The notes below the pieces were generated by a model, which did not search any database, had not been told where the DNA came from, and was given only the letters and a program-made list of their open reading frames with translations. The position numbers were made by a program, and so were the translations under genes. Positions 12,213-27,000 of a DNA stretch of 64,000 nucleotides are shown one piece after another (the stretch's first letter is position 1; each line of letters begins with the position of its first letter). The stretch lies in contig CM007989.1 in assembly GCA_002189035.1 (NCBI GenBank), positions 1,364,001 through 1,428,000 of the forward strand, written 5' to 3'. The DNA is from Utricularia gibba. Its lineage: Eukaryota; Plantae; Magnoliophyta.

Positions 12213-13526
12213 ATGGCGAATCCCCACGGCAATACCCGTAGCTGTGATCCCCAAGAACAGGATGAGATTTCTCTCTTTCTGCGGCAAATTCTTCTCCGCT
12301 CTTCTCCTTCTTCTTCTTCTTCTACCCACAATTTGATTCTTCTTCGACTACTCCTATTTTACCCAAGTATCAAACTTTTCCGGGTGCGGGATCTGGGTCT
12401 GAATCTCGCTCCACGGGTGTGAATTGGGCTCTGGAAGGCACCGAGCATGACTGTGAAAGCGAGGTACTGGGGGTCTATTTTTGAATAAATCTCGTCGCTT
12501 TCATCTCAACGGCGGTGTTTGACTGGATAATGTGAAAGGGGGCAGGGGAGATTATGGCGGCAGAGGAAGCGGCAGCGAGGCCGATTATGCCGCCCCGGAG
12601 TTCTTCTAAGAGGAGCAGAGCAGCCGAGGTACACAATCTCTCGGAAAAGGTACATTGACATTGTTCTGTTTCCAAACTTGAGATTGGTTTTGAGTTTGTT
12701 GATTGTTCGCAATACAGAGGAGAAGAAGCAAGATCAATGAGAAAATGAAGGCACTCCAGAATCTAATCCCTAATTCGAACAAGGTTTCCACATCTGCGTT
12801 AACTTACATCGTGTTGATACTTGGAGATCATGAACTCTGAATCCTCTACTCTCATGTACAGACGGATAAGGCGTCAATGCTGGATGAAGCTATAGAGTAT
12901 CTCAAGCACCTCCAGCTGCAAGTTCAGGTAACTGGACTGAAACCCTTTTCAAGCTTCAGGAGTTCTGATTCCTAGTCATGCGGCTTCGACTGATACTGCA
13001 GATGCTGACATTGAGAAATGGATTGAGTCATTACCCCATTTGCTGCTTTCCAAATGCCAGAATCAATACATTTGTGCAGCCTTTGAACGGTACCATCTCC
13101 ATGGATCAGAGAACCCCCCTTCCATCAGAGACCATTCCGGCCACGTTCCAATCATCTTCTCAAGTATGGAAAGCTCTTTCTCTTTCTCGCTCTCCCCCTC
13201 TCTGCAGTACATTCGTTCAAATGAAGATGGTGTGCTTATTTTTCACTCCTGGAAAGGATATTCTTCTTCAGGGGCTGCCACGATTCGACCAACCAGTGCA
13301 GGAAGATCGCTCATCTGAAGGTTGGAATACCATGAAGCAGTTTTTTTACCGTGTCTGCATTGTCTGAATTATATCCGCTTTTTTCTGTGTAGGAAAAGCA
13401 GGGACTGCGCTGTGGCCTTACGACAGCATGGTCAAGGAGGAGTTGGAGTCTGAGTCCACAGACATGGCTTGGCCCGAGCATCTGCTATCGGACTTTGAGA
13501 ACACCCCATCTTCTCATCTGAGCTGA
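12213..13526 (+). CDS. SPT: bHLH transcription factor, SPATULA/ALCATRAZ-like (one apparent frameshift at about 12325)
   Basis: DEISLFLRQILLRSS motif, HDCESE acidic motif, SSKRSRAAEVHNLSEK|RRRSKINEKMKALQNLIPNSNK|TDKASMLDEAIEYLKHLQLQVQ|MLTLRNGL. One extra C at CCC 12325-12327 joins the first-exon frames. Confidence 0.85.
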
Positions 13527-14133
13527 GTGTGCGAGGGAACCATCTGGTAACCAGTCACAAGTCTTCATACTTGTCTTTGAAGTGGAGACGATGCATGGAA
13601 GCATCATATGTACCTTCCAGAATAATGAAAAACAGGAAGAAGAAGGTGTATTTTCTAACACAAGTTCCAACCCAACAACAAACATTCGAAGTGGGAGCAT
13701 CAGAGATGGTATTCAGACATAGTACCGACGTAGGCGTCGTTATTACATAAATAAAATGGATATTCGATAAATGTAATGACGTGTAAAATAGTGACAACTA
13801 TTTATGGGCTACATGAGCCCAATAAAAAATGTATGGGCCGGCATGATACACACTCCTAAGACGGGGCCCATTTTAGAGGGACTTGGGGGGTTATTTAAGG
13901 CATTCATTTACGAATAGAATTGACAGTAAGCGTCTGTCTTCAGGAGTCTGGACGCTTTTCTCCGTCCGCGCGATTGTCCTTCCCCGTGTTTCTCCGATGA
14001 CATAAGCTACGGCGCTGCTAGTAGAATTGAACTGGAAAGGGTGATGGATGCTTGCAATTTGGAGTTGTAACTGTTTAGTGCGCGCGACTAGTTTTGAAAT
14101 TAGTGAAAACCCTAGGTGATCTTGTTAATCGAT

Positions 14134-17100
14134 ATGGATTTGCGTTTCCCGTATTCTCCGGCGGAGGTTTCCAAGGTCAAGGTGGTGCAGTTCGGCATCA
14201 TCAGCCCGGATGAAATTGTAACTTCTTGTGAACTTCTCTTGTTTTTTACTCCACATGGAATTTTGGAGTGGTTGATTGGGTGCTAAAGTGTTAGAATTTT
14301 TTTTTTTCCCTTTTACAGAGGCAGATGTCTGTTGTGCATATAGAGCACAGTGAGACTACTGAACGGGGGAAGCCGAAACCAGGCGGGTTAAATGACCCAC
14401 GACTGGGAACGATTGATAGGAAGCTAAAGTGTGAGACTTGCATGTCTAGCATGGCTGAGTGTCCCGGTCACTTTGGCCATCTTGAGCTTGCAAAGCCCAT
14501 GTTTCATATTGGCTTTATGAAGACTGTCCTCAGTATACTTCGATGTGTTTGTTTCAACTGCTCCAAAATTTTGGCTGATGAGGTATTTTTTTTTATGTGC
14601 CTAATAAATTACTCATAAACAGAAGAAATTTCGGATTCATAAGTGATATAGAAAATGCCTTAACTCTGGATAGATTGTAATGATGTAATTTATAATGTGA
14701 AATTCAAAAATAAAATATTTACTGTGGTTGTCATCCATTTTTAACTGGTCGCTGAGCTCTTATTCTACCAGGAAGAACCCAAGTTCAAGCAAGCACTAAG
14801 GATCCGAAATCCTAAAAATAGGCTAAAGAAGGTATTAGATGCCTGCAAAAACAAGTCGAAGTGTGAGGGGGTGATGAAATTGACGTCCAAGGTGCAGATG
14901 CTGACGAGCCCATGAAAAAGTCTAGGGTGGATGTGGTGCTCAGCAGCCTAAGATAAGTATTGATGGCATGAAGATGATTGCTGAGTACAAGCTTCGCACA
15001 AAGAAAGGTGATGAACAGGAGCAGATGCCTGAACCTGTTGAAAGGAAGCAAGTTCTCTCTGCAGAGAAGGTGAAACACTTCTAAAGTATTAGAATAACCA
15101 AATTCACACAGAATATTAAACAGAAGAAGGTCTTATCCCTAGTTTGTCATTTTTTTTCAGGTTCTTAGTATTTTAAAGAGAATAACGGATGAAGATTGTC
15201 AGTTGTTGGGTTTGAACCCAAAATATGCCCGCCCTGATTGGATGATTCTGCAAGTGCTCCCCATACCTCCTCCTCCTGTTAGACCCTCTGTAATGATGGA
15301 TGCTTCTTCTAGGAGTGAGGTAAGATATTGCTGGTTGTTTACTATCTGTGATTGGTGCGCTCAGTCAGAATATGCTCATTTCAAACACTTGACGCAGGAT
15401 GATTTAACGCACCAGCTAGCAATGATAATCAGACACAATGAAAATTTGAAGAGGCAGGAACGGAACGGTGCTCCTGCACATATAATATCCGAGTTTGCCC
15501 AATTGCTGCAGTTTCACATTGCCACATACTTTGATAATGAATTACCTGGGCAACCGAGGGTATGGTGTTATTCTTTTATTCCCAGTTTTTAAACATTTTT
15601 CTTGCTGTCATCTCACAAGCTCCTCTGTGAAATCTAGGCCACACAAAGATCTGGTAGGCCTATAAAATCAATCTGTAGCAGGCTGAAAGCGAAAGAAGGT
15701 AGGATTAGGGGTAACCTAATGGGAAAGAGAGTAGATTTCTCGGCTCGTACGGTGATCACACCTGATCCAACCATCAATATTGACGAACTGGGAGTGCCTT
15801 GGAGTATTGCGTTGAATCTAACATATCCTGAAACCGTAACTCCATATAATATCGAAAGGTTTCTCATTTTTCTGTTTTTTAAATTTCTGTACATTTTTTG
15901 GTTGGTCATTTAGCTCATATAATTGTGAATCAGGTTGAAAGAATTGGTTGAGTATGGCCCTCATCCCCCCCCTGGTAAAACTGGTGCCAAGTACATAATT
16001 AGGGATGATGGACAGAGGCTTGACCTTCGTTACCTGAAGAAAAGCAGTGATCAACATTTAGAACTTGGCTATAAGGTGGAGAGGCACCTGAACGATGGAG
16101 ACTTTGTTCTGTTCAATCGGCAGCCTAGCTTGCATAAAATGTCAATTATGGGGCATAAAATTAAAATCATGCCTTATTCAACTTTCCGACTGAATCTGTC
16201 TGTAACCTCACCTTATAATGCTGACTTTGACGGGGATGAAATGAACATGCACGTTCCTCAGTCATTTGAAACCAGAGCTGAAGTTTTGGAGCTGATGATG
16301 GTGCCAAAGTGTATCGTGTCACCTCAGTCAAATCGTCCAGTAATGGGTATTGTTCAGGATACACTCTTAGGATGCCGAAAAATTACAAGAAGGGATACAT
16401 TTATTGAGAAGGTGAAGACTTCGACTTATTTGTTCCCCTTTTCATGTATGGCATACAGCAATTCGAGTTTCTGTATTTTTTATGCAGGATGTTTTCATGA
16501 ACATTCTGATGTGGTGGGAAGATTTCGATGGCAAAGTTCCTGCTCCAGCAATTTTGAAACCCAGGCCTCTGTGGACGGGGAAGCAAGTGTTTAATTTGAT
16601 AATTCCAAAGCAGATAAACCTTTTGAGATATTCGGCGTGGCACCAGGAAACTGAGAAGGGATTTATTACTCCTGGTGATACGCAAGTGAGAATAGAAAAG
16701 GGTGAGCTGCTCTCGGGCACTCTCTGCAAGAAGACTCTGGGTACATCCACAGGAAGTCTTATACATGTAATATGGTATGTCTCCAGCAATTTAAGTTTCT
16801 TCAAGGATATGTTGGTAGTGTCCATGGCACGTGACTTATCTAAAGTGATGCTTCCTTTTACATTTCTAATCGTGGTTTTGATGAAGTGTTTGTATTTATC
16901 AAACAAAACTAGACTATAGTGTGATATGGAAGTGCCTAGAATGGAAAACTTGATATATATAATATGACACATGGAAAGCATGCTGTGTGTCTTGGCATGA
17001 GCAATTGCTTTTAGTGTAGGTACGATATTCTATGTGCTTTGATTATTCTTTACTGGCACCATAGCCTCGTTGGATGAATTAGTGTGTAGCATCAAGTATA

Positions 17101-20100
17101 ATCAACATTGATGTTATCAGGGAAGAGGTTGGTCCAGATGCAGCTCGCAAGTTTTTGGGACATACACAGTGGCTTGTCAATTATTGGCTCTTGCAGAATG
17201 GCTTTAGCATTGGAATTGGTGACACTATTGCTGATGCTGCGACAATGGAGAGAATAAACAAAACTATTTCAGATGCAAAGAATCAAGTGAAGGAACTCAT
17301 CAGGGCAGCTCAAGAAAAGCAATTGGAGGCTGAACCTGGTCGAACCATGATGGAATCTTTTGAAAACAGGGTTAACCAGGTACTAGACGTCCACCCCTCC
17401 CTCTGAATTCGGTTATAAAGCCTTATGTTGGACTAATGTTATTTGTATACATCAGGTGTTGAACAAGGCTCGTGATGATGCTGGAAGCAGCGCTCAGAAG
17501 AGTTTGTCAGAGAGCAATAACTTGAAGGCGATGGTGACTGCAGGTTCCAAGGGAAGTTTTATCAATATTTCACAGATGACTGCTTGTGTGGGGCAGCAGA
17601 ATGTGGAAGGAAAACGAATCCCCTTTGGCTTCATAGATCGTACTCTACCACATTTCACCAAGGATGATTATGGTCCTGAGAGCCGTGGATTTGTGGAGAA
17701 CTCCTATCTCAGGGGCTTGTCTCCTCAAGAGTTCTTCTTCCATGCCATGGGTGGTAGAGAAGGTCTTATTGATACTGCTGTGAAAACCTCCGAGACAGGT
17801 TATATTCAGAGGCGACTGGTGAAGGCAATGGAGGATATCATGGTTAAATATGATGGGACTGTCCGTAATTCATTGGGGGATGTTATTCAGTTTCTGTATG
17901 GCGAAGATGGAATGGATGCAGTTTGGATTGAATCACAACCACTGGAGTCCTTGAAGCTGAAGAAATCAGATTTCAATGACATGTACAGATATGAAATCGA
18001 TAATCCTAACTGGAATCCTAACTACATGCTACCTGAAGCAGTTGAGGATCTGAAAACAATCCGGGAGATACGAAGTGTATTTGATGCGGAAGTTAAGAAA
18101 CTTGAGGGTGACAGATGTCAACTTGGTACGGAAATTGCAACAACTGGTGATAACTCTTGGCCCCTACCTGTGAATATTAGGAGGCTTGTCCTGAATGCAC
18201 AGAAGACATTTAAGGTTGATTTCCGAAGGCCCTCTGATATGCACCCTATGGAGATAGTGGAAGCTGTGGATAAGTTGCAAGAAAGGCTCAAAGTTGTTGT
18301 AGGTGACGATTATCTGAGTATGGAAGCTCAAAAGAATGCTACTCTTTTCTTCAATATTTTGCTTCGCAGTGCCTTAGCAAGTAAAAGGGTGTTAAAGGAA
18401 TATCGACTCACACGTGAAGCTTTTGAATGGGTTATTGGAGAAATTGAGTCTCGTTTCTTGCAATCCCTTGTGGCACCGGGGGAAATGATAGGGTGTGTTG
18501 CTGCGCAATCTATTGGTGAGCCTGCTACACAGATGACGCTGAACACATTCCACTATGCTGGTGTTAGTGCAAAAAATGTCACATTAGGTGTTCCAAGGTT
18601 GAGGGAGATCATTAACGTTGCCAAAAAAATCAAAACACCTTCTCTGTCGGTATACTTGAAGCCAGAAGCTAGTAAAACAAAGGAAAGGGCCAAGAGTGTG
18701 CAATGTGCTCTTGAATATACTACTTTACGCAGTGTTACACAAGCAACGGAGGTATGGTATGATCCAGATCCTATGAGCACGATTATTGATGAGGATATTG
18801 AATTTGTGAAGTCGTATTATGAGATGCCCGATGAAGAGATTGACCCTGACAAAATCTCTCCTTGGTTGCTTCGTATTGAGTTAAACAGAGAAATGATGGT
18901 AGATAAAAAACTCAGCATGGCAGACATTGCTGAAAAGATCAATCTTGAGTTTGATGATGACCTCACTTGTATATTCAATGATGACAATGCTGAAAAGCTT
19001 ATTCTGCGTATTCGCATTATGAATGATGAAGTCCCAAGGGTGAATTGAATGATGAATCAGCAGAGGATGATGTGTTTCTCAAGAAGATTGAGAGTAATAT
19101 GCTGACAGAAATGGCACTTCGAGGCATACCAGATATCAACAAAGTGTTCATAAAGAACAGCAAGGTGAATAAGTTTGAAGAAAATGAAGGATTTAAAGCT
19201 GAGAATGAATGGATGTTGGATACAGAGGGCGTTAATCTGCTGGCAGTTATGTGCCATGAGGATGTTGATGCTACAAGAACAACAAGTAATCACCTGATTG
19301 AAGTTATAGAAGTTCTGGGGATTGAGGCAGTTCGCAAAGCCTTGTTAGATGAGCTGCGTGTTGTCATATCCTTTGATGGGTCCTATGTGAACTATCGGCA
19401 TTTGGCCATACTGTGTGACACCATGACATATCGAGGCCATTTGATGGCTATAACTCGTCATGGGATTAATCGCAATGATACAGGCCCCATGATGCGATGT
19501 TCCTTTGAGGAAACAGTTGATATTCTGCTTGACGCTGCTGTTTATGCGGAAACTGATTATCTTAGGGTGTCACTGAGAACATAATGTTGGGTCAGCTGGC
19601 TCCAATTGGAACAGGAGACTGTGCCTTGTATCTGAATGAGGAGATGTTGAAACAAGCTATTGAGATCCCATTGCCCAGTTACTTCGATGGAGGGCTTGAT
19701 TTTGGCATGACTCCAGCTCGCTCTCCAATGGCTGGAAGTCCATATCACGACAGCATGATGTCGCCAAACTATTTGCTAAGCCCGAATCTACGGTTATCTC
19801 CAATCACTGATGCTCAGTTTTCTCCCTATGTTGGTGGAATGCCTTTCTCTCCTTCATCCACCCCAGGGTACAGTCCATCATCTCCAGGATACAGTCCATC
19901 GTCCCCTGGTTACAGCCCCACCTCTCCAGGTTACAGCCCCACATCTCCTGGTTACAGCCCCACCTCTCCTACTTATAGCCCCAGTTCACCAGGATACAGC
20001 CCTACAAGTCCTTCATATTCTCCCACCAGCCCATCTTATTCACCCACTTCTCCTACCTACAGCCCCACTTCTCCCAGTTATAGTCCGACGTCGCCAAGCT

Positions 20101-21004
20101 ACAGTCCCACATCTCCAAGTTACAGTCCCACATCTCCTAGCTACAGTCCAACTTCTCCGGCTTACAGCCCGACGTCACCTGCTTATAGCCCTACCTCTCC
20201 TGCTTACAGCCCAACCTCACCATCCTATAGCCCAACCTCTCCATCTTACAGTCCCACATCTCCATCTTATGCCCCGACTTCACCGTCGTATAGTCCTACA
20301 TCTCCATCTTACAGTCCAACCTCGCCTTCATATAGCCCGACGTCACCTGCTTATAGTCCTACTTCACCAGGCTACAGCCCTACATCCCCAAGCTACAGCC
20401 CTACTTCACCAAGCTACAGCCCTACCTCTCCCAGCTACAATCCATCAGCTAGATATAGCCCTTCCCTTGCGTACTCACCAACAAGCCCAAGAATATCCCC
20501 ATCCAGTCCATATAGTCCGTCTTCGCCAAGTTACAGGTGAGAAAAATCTTTTGCTTACGGTAGTAACAGCTCATGCTCATATAGAAATTAATGCTTGTTT
20601 GTGTTTTGCAGCCCAACCTCGCCATCCTACTCTCCTACCTCACCATCCTACTCCCCGTCTAGTCCAAGCTATAGTCCCAGCAGGTATGTGTGTATGTGCT
20701 TTTACTGTTTTGCTCTACGTGAAAACAACTTGCCATATTGTAATAACAATGCACTGCTGTACAATGATTCTTTGCAGTCCTCATGGTTCTGGTGCAAATC
20801 CGGACTACAGCCCCAGCTCGCCACCATACAGGTGAGGGATAGTTTGTGCACTAGATTTTGAATTTTGACATGAAGTTCCTTAGCTAAACGTGGCTTCTGG
20901 TCAGCCCCAGCGCCAGGTATTCTCCCAGTGCTCCAGGATACTCCCCTTCCTCTACTGGCCAGTACACCCCACGAACCTCCAACGATGACCCAAAAAGCCA
21001 ATAG
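14134..21004 (+). CDS. NRPB1: RNA polymerase II largest subunit (four apparent single-base frameshifts)
   Basis: [28 protein letters not shown] start, zinc-binding [14 protein letters not shown], catalytic [11 protein letters not shown], bridge helix [29 protein letters not shown], trigger loop [13 protein letters not shown]-terminal YSPTSPS heptads, ending ...[16 protein letters not shown]. Confidence 0.98.
19869..20435 (+). repeat. Pol II CTD heptad array (27 contiguous YSPTSPS-type repeats)
   Basis: Counted in ORF 19584..20540. Position 7 varies (G/T/A/S) and one repeat is YAPTSPS. Further degenerate heptads lie in the downstream exons. Confidence 0.95.
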
Positions 21005-21258
21005 CTCTTCCATCCGTCAGGTTCACAGAACAAAATTATCTTGTGATTGGAGCTTCTATATTGTTGCCTTGTGATACTGTCGTATTCCGTAGTTCTATGC
21101 GATGAGTACAGGACGATGTAACAAAAAACTATTGTGTAAGGAGAGCTTAACTCCATGCATATTTGAGCAAACTGTAAATGTGAACATTATTTTTGCGGCA
21201 TCAAATGTTGGAAAAAAGTGCAAGTACAGGAACACTCTTCAAACAAGCACTGTTGCCA

Positions 21259-23033
21259 TCAGAAGGGCGAATTGCTGCTGCCATCTAAAGTCAAAAGCAC
21301 CTTGTATAAATCCGGACGCCGATCGCGGAATACTCCCCAACTGCTTCTCTTTGCCTTGATCTTGTCAAGATCAAATTGTGCAGTGAGAATAGCTTCTTCC
21401 TTATCATCAGCTTCAGCGACTATTTCACCCGTTGGCCCTGTAAACTGGAGTCATTGAAACAGAGATGCAGAATTGAAAAAGGGTGAGCCCCTTGGGACTA
21501 GTTCATCCTTACCAGCTATAAATGACTTCCCATAGAACCTGATCTCGCTGTTGCCATGCTCTGTTTCTATCACTTCTGTGCCAACTCGGTTTGAAGCCAC
21601 TAGAGGCACCTGGGGTCACATCCAAACACAAGAAACGATAGTGGGGAGGATGCAGTAGATATCCTAACTGTCTGATGATATTCTAGCATTAAGAAACTAA
21701 CCAAATTGGCTCCAGCATGACCTTGCATCACACGCTGCCAGTGATCTCGAGAATCAAGCTCCTTGTCTTGAGGTTCTGAACCAATGGCAGTGGGGTAGAA
21801 GAGAATCTCCGCACCTTGAAGAACCATTGCTCGAGCTGCCTCAGGGAACCACTGATCCCAGCAGATTCCTGGCAAGTAGAGCACACCTTATCTCAACCTT
21901 ATGCACCACAAAACTTTGATGAAGTCGAACATGAACGAAAAAAATCATTGAAGTTGTCTTACCAACTCCGATTTTTGCAAATTTTGTTTGGAAAGCCTGT
22001 TTTCATTGAGAAGTCAAATGGAAAACAACAAAAGGGCAATATATACAGCAATGGTAGCAATGGAACTAGTCTGACCTTGAAACCAGTGTCACCTGGATTG
22101 AAGTAAAATTTCTCCTGGTAACCTGAAGACGGCATAACATAAGCCTGAGCTAACTCACTAAGTGAAAAGTTTTCACTATATGAAACTAATCATCACATAC
22201 AAACCTGGTCCATCAGGGATATGGGATTTCCGATAGAGCCCAAGATCAGTTCCATCGGCATCAATCACCACAACTGAATTGTAATGTGCATTATTCAACT
22301 CTTCAAAGAAGCTGACTGGTATTACTACTCCCAGTTCTATAGCAAGCTTTTGCATTCTGGGAGCCAATGAAGGTTAGAATACAAAATACGGGAAAAAATA
22401 TCGGCCAACAAGGTTTCTCACCTAAGTATGGTGGGGTGATCGTTACGAGGTTTCGCTCGACTAAAGAAATCCTCCCTTTGAGCTTGACAGAAGTAGTAAC
22501 CCTCGAACAATTCCTTAAAAAAACAAGGGGACATGTTTACTTGACATCTCCAACAATTCTTAATAAGATTCAGTTCTCCTCCAAGTTGAAGATAAAACCT
22601 GTATAAGAATTATATTTGCCCCCTCTGATGGGCAGCTCTCACCAATCTGCATCAAGAATAATATTCCATTAGGAAAGTACATTTATTCTCAACTGCATGA
22701 AATCTGATATAAACACGAATCTTTAAATAAAAAAACGAGAGAAAACAGAAAAAGCATCACAGGGCACGTAGTTATCGCATCTGAAAACATCAAATAGGCA
22801 GCAAAAACAAAACTTTAACCCAGAACATTCAAAGAAGCCCAGCTAGCAAATCAGCGAAATCACTTCATGAACTGGGCCGTGGCAGTAACCGAAATAAAAA
22901 AAACAAAAAAGAGAGATGGGGCTGGTGCAAAACGAGGTTCTTACGCTTCAGCTTTATCCACGTTTGTAGATACATCATCAGAGCAAGCGAACTGCAGAGC
23001 CGCGACGCTAACGATTCTGCTCTTCGCCGCCAT
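21259..23033 (-). CDS. CPA: N-carbamoylputrescine amidase (nitrilase family, polyamine biosynthesis)
   Basis: MAAKSRIVSVAALQFACSDDVSTNVDKAE..., LYRKSHIPDGPG, ICWDQWFPEAARAMVLQGAEILFYPTAIGSEPQD, C-terminus WGVFRDRRPDLYKVLLTLDG. Confidence 0.94.
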
Positions 23034-24062
23034 CTGACCGCCGAAAAATGATGAGCCACCCCTCAACAACCACTTTCTGCAATTTGCGGAAGCAAAGTCC
23101 AATATGTAAGAAAATTGGAGACAGTTGTTCGAACGAAACATAAAATCATTATTAGATTAATGTTTTAAAAATTATTTATTGAATTAAAATAAAAAATAAA
23201 TTCAATCTATTGAAATATTAATTTATAATAATATTTCAACTAGAGTGGCTCAAGTCCATTTTTAAACTATTGGATTTCCCACGAACAAAACATAATGCTT
23301 ATGTAAATAGTTTCCATTATTTAATTAAATGTCATAATTAATCTTTAAAAATAATATTTTTATATTGGTTTCCATGCTGGTCGTTCCACTTCACCGCCAA
23401 CCCCATCGTCCCCACACTCTCGCCGCTCACATGCCGCCTGCATGCCTCCATTGCTCGTCGGGCGTTGATCGTTGGGCAGGGGTATTGGTCGCCGTCTCTG
23501 GCGGCGGCGTTGTTGGGCCGCGGCGGTGCTCAGGTGCGTGGGAGATGGTGGTAAATGATCAATTTTGTTAAATTATAAAATAGTATAAATTAATTATGTT
23601 TTATTTTTAAATAGTATTTTTTAATTATGATTCCTATTAAAATAATGAAGATTAAAATTAATGAAAATAAAAAAAAATTAGAAAACTGATATATCAAAAC
23701 ACTACAATCTTGAAACGTTTGGTGTCAGTTTAACACAGTTTAAAATAAAATTGTGAATAAAAAATTGAATTTCACAAAAATAAATTAATATTTTATTTGA
23801 CAACAAGGTCTAAAAAGGTAAAACCCACTGGACCCGTCCTTCAGGGGCTCTACTCGTCGGCGGTAGGGTTTCTGCCGTCGTCTTTTACACAGTCGTGTTT
23901 TTTTTTTTTTTTTTCTCGGCAATCTCTGTCTAATGTTGTGCACCATTTATTCAGAAAATTTTTCTTAGAAGTAGAAAGTTGATCAAGGTTGCTGCGTCTT
24001 CGCTCCGGCACTACCGCTTCAACGAGTGTTCTTGCAGGTGCAACAGGGGAGTTGGTGAAGAC

Positions 24063-27000
24063 ATGGAAGCCTCTCTTGAAAAGACTGAGATTGAAGTGAA
24101 CAACCTGAATGAGGGACCTACGGCGCAGCCCCTTGATCACGATGATTTCAAGATCATTAAAGAAGGGGAAGCTGAGATTTTGATGCACGCTAGAAACGCC
24201 GTGTTTTATAATAAAGCTCAGGTTTTTGCTTAGTTATCTATTTCTGCTTCGGAAGTTGTGATTTTTTTATTGTGCTCTTGAATGTTGGTACGCCAAATAG
24301 AAAACGTGGGTGGTATTTGCAATTTTATGTCAAGTTCCCTTTTTGTACGTTAGTGTCCCTTTTCCAATTTTGCCGAAATTTGAAGTTTTTGCTGTTGGAA
24401 ATCTTCGGCAGGTTAATAACAGAGACATGTCTATTGCTGTGTTGAGGAAGTTTATATCTATCCGGAAACAAGAGCATGATGATTTTCTTTCCAGGCGAAA
24501 GAATGGAAAGAAAAATGACCTCAAGGCCACAGGGGAGCTATGCCATGACACCGAATCTTCTGCTGTTGCTGTAATGCATAATGGGGACTCAAGTGCTGGC
24601 TGTGAAGGCACTAGAGAAATACGTGAAGATGAAGCATGCAGTAACACAAAGGATGAGGACAAAGTTCCGCATGAACTGAAGCCACCCCGAGTATTAGAGG
24701 TCATAGTGGCCTCTTATTTGATGGCATCCATGTACTCAGATGCACGCATTCCACATTCCATCTACGCATGCATTATTTATGCTCATTAGCTTTTTTTTAT
24801 GGTTTCAGGCTCTAGCAGCTTCTGGGTTGAGAGCCCTAAGATATGCACGGGAAATAGATGGAATTGGTCAAGTTGTGGCACTTGATAATGATCCTGGTAA
24901 ATTGTGTTTAGCAATCTCTCAGTCTTGCAAATTAATATATGATGGAAAGAGTGTCTCGTCCGGGCATATTCTTCTCCCATCATGATTTCTTAGTGCGATT
25001 TGCATGATACATGTTGAATTGCACCCGTTTGTAGTGTCAGTGGAAGCTTGCCAGCGAAACATTAAATTTAATGGTTCTGCGGTGAGCTCAAAGGTGGATT
25101 CGCACCTTGCTGATGCTCGTGTTTACATGCTCACCCACCCTAAAGAATTTGATGTGGTATGGACTTTGAAATAATCATATGGATATAATATCATATTTCA
25201 TAACCAATTTTATTTGATTTGTACTTCATACTTTTCAATGTTTGTAGGTTGATCTTGACCCGTATGGTACTCCTTCAATTTTCCTAGACTCTGCTGTTCA
25301 ATCAGTGGCTGACGGGGGCTTGTTGATGTGCACGGCAACTGATATGGCAGTCCTCTGTGGAGGAAACGGCGAGGTCTGCTATTCCAAGTAAGGTTCACCT
25401 TCTCAATGGCTGAAATATTTTTAATTACTTCAGAAGCACAAAGGTTAGTTTTAATGATATTTTTTCTCCACTCAGATATGGCTCTTACCCACTGAGAGCA
25501 AAATATTGCCATGAGATGGCTTTGAGAATACTTCTAGCATGTATTGAGGTATGTCATTTCTACTATCCTAAATGGGAGCAAGTTTCAATGGACTTGTTTA
25601 TGCGTATGTTTCTTCTGGGTTACTTGATTAAAAGAAACCATGACACGTGCAGAGCCATGCAAACCGGTACAAAAGATATATTCTCCCTGTGCTCTCTGTG
25701 CAGATGGATTTTTATGTACGAGTTTTTGTTCGTATATACACGTGAGTGCTATTTTTCATGGTAAAGCTAGTAAATATTCATGTTATCTCAATTGCCATGA
25801 CTACTCGATGATACTTTGGTTAATAGTCTTTCCACAAGTATGTTATGAGATCACCACGGTTCTGCTATTGCAATGAATAAAATCTCTCGGTAAATTGTTC
25901 CTTGTTTAGCTTCCAAGGGTTTTTGACACTTGTGATTGTTGTGATAGTTCTGCAAGTGCAATGAAGAACACTCCCTTGAAGCTCTCATATGTTTATCAAT
26001 GCACTGGCTGTGATTCGTTCCATCTTCAGCCGCTTGCAAGGACGGTGTCTAAGGTAAAGATTGGCATCTTTTGCATGTTACTCTTCGGTGGACAATTCTT
26101 GTTAATTTGTGGAAGCCATTGACTTATCTCAGTAGCTTTGTTCACACATATTGAGTTCTTATTACAGTCTGAATACATCTTAAATATCATTTCTCATGTT
26201 GTTATTTCTAGATTATCAAACAAAGCAATTGCTATTTCCACGTCAGTATGATTTATTCGGAATCAGTTTTCGCTCACCTGCGTTGTTGAATGAGCTGTCT
26301 GACTTGTATTTTGTTGTTTCCATTTCTACCTTACTATTCTTTTCAGAATACCAGTGTAAGGTATCTTCCTGGTTTTGGTCCTGCTGTTTCTCAAGATTGC
26401 AGCGACTGTCGAAAGAAATACAATATGGGCGGGCCAATATGGTCTGCTCCAATTCATGATCAGGAATGGGTGGCGTCCATTGCTGAAGATGTGAAGTCTA
26501 TGAAGCACCATTATCCAGCTTATGATCGCATCTCTGCCGTATTAACTACTGTTTCAGAGGTGTGCTGTTTCACATACTTTTTCAATGTTGTGCTTCTTTA
26601 CGCCATTCTTCCACGAATTTTTGGTTGGCTGGTTTATCAGCGAGCTATGTAAGAAAGAAAGCATCTTTTCCACCTTTTTGTTATGTTACACTTTCAATGT
26701 CAGCCTGAAAAATGACATCTCTGATATTTTCTTGCAGGAGCTACCTGATGTTCCACTTTTCCTTAGTTTGCACAACCTTGGTGCAACACTAAAATGTACA
26801 TCACCGTCTGCTGTTTTGTTCCGTTCAGCTGTAATCAACGCTGGATATTCTATTTCTGGAACTCATGTAAACCCTCTTGGCCTCAAGACGGATGCTCCTA
26901 TGGACGTTATCTGGGATGTTATGCGCTGCTGGGTAAGAACATCTAATTTTTCAGGATCTAAAAAACTATGAGGGATGCACCATTTGTTTATTAACCGATG

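Noticed and set aside
19810-20835. 341-aa alternative-frame ORF over the CTD
   Set aside because: Shadow of the repetitive heptad codons and runs through introns.
14134-21004. NRPB1 as a pseudogene because of four frameshifts
   Set aside because: All catalytic motifs are intact, there are no other stops, and the same homopolymer error type occurs in six other genes.
23863-24062. Arg-rich in-frame extension upstream of the TRM1 ATG (ORF 23979), resembling a non-AUG presequence
   Set aside because: The region has a donor GTAGGG (about 23863), a poly-T tract and an acceptor tcttgCAG (about 24037), so it is better explained as a 5'UTR intron.
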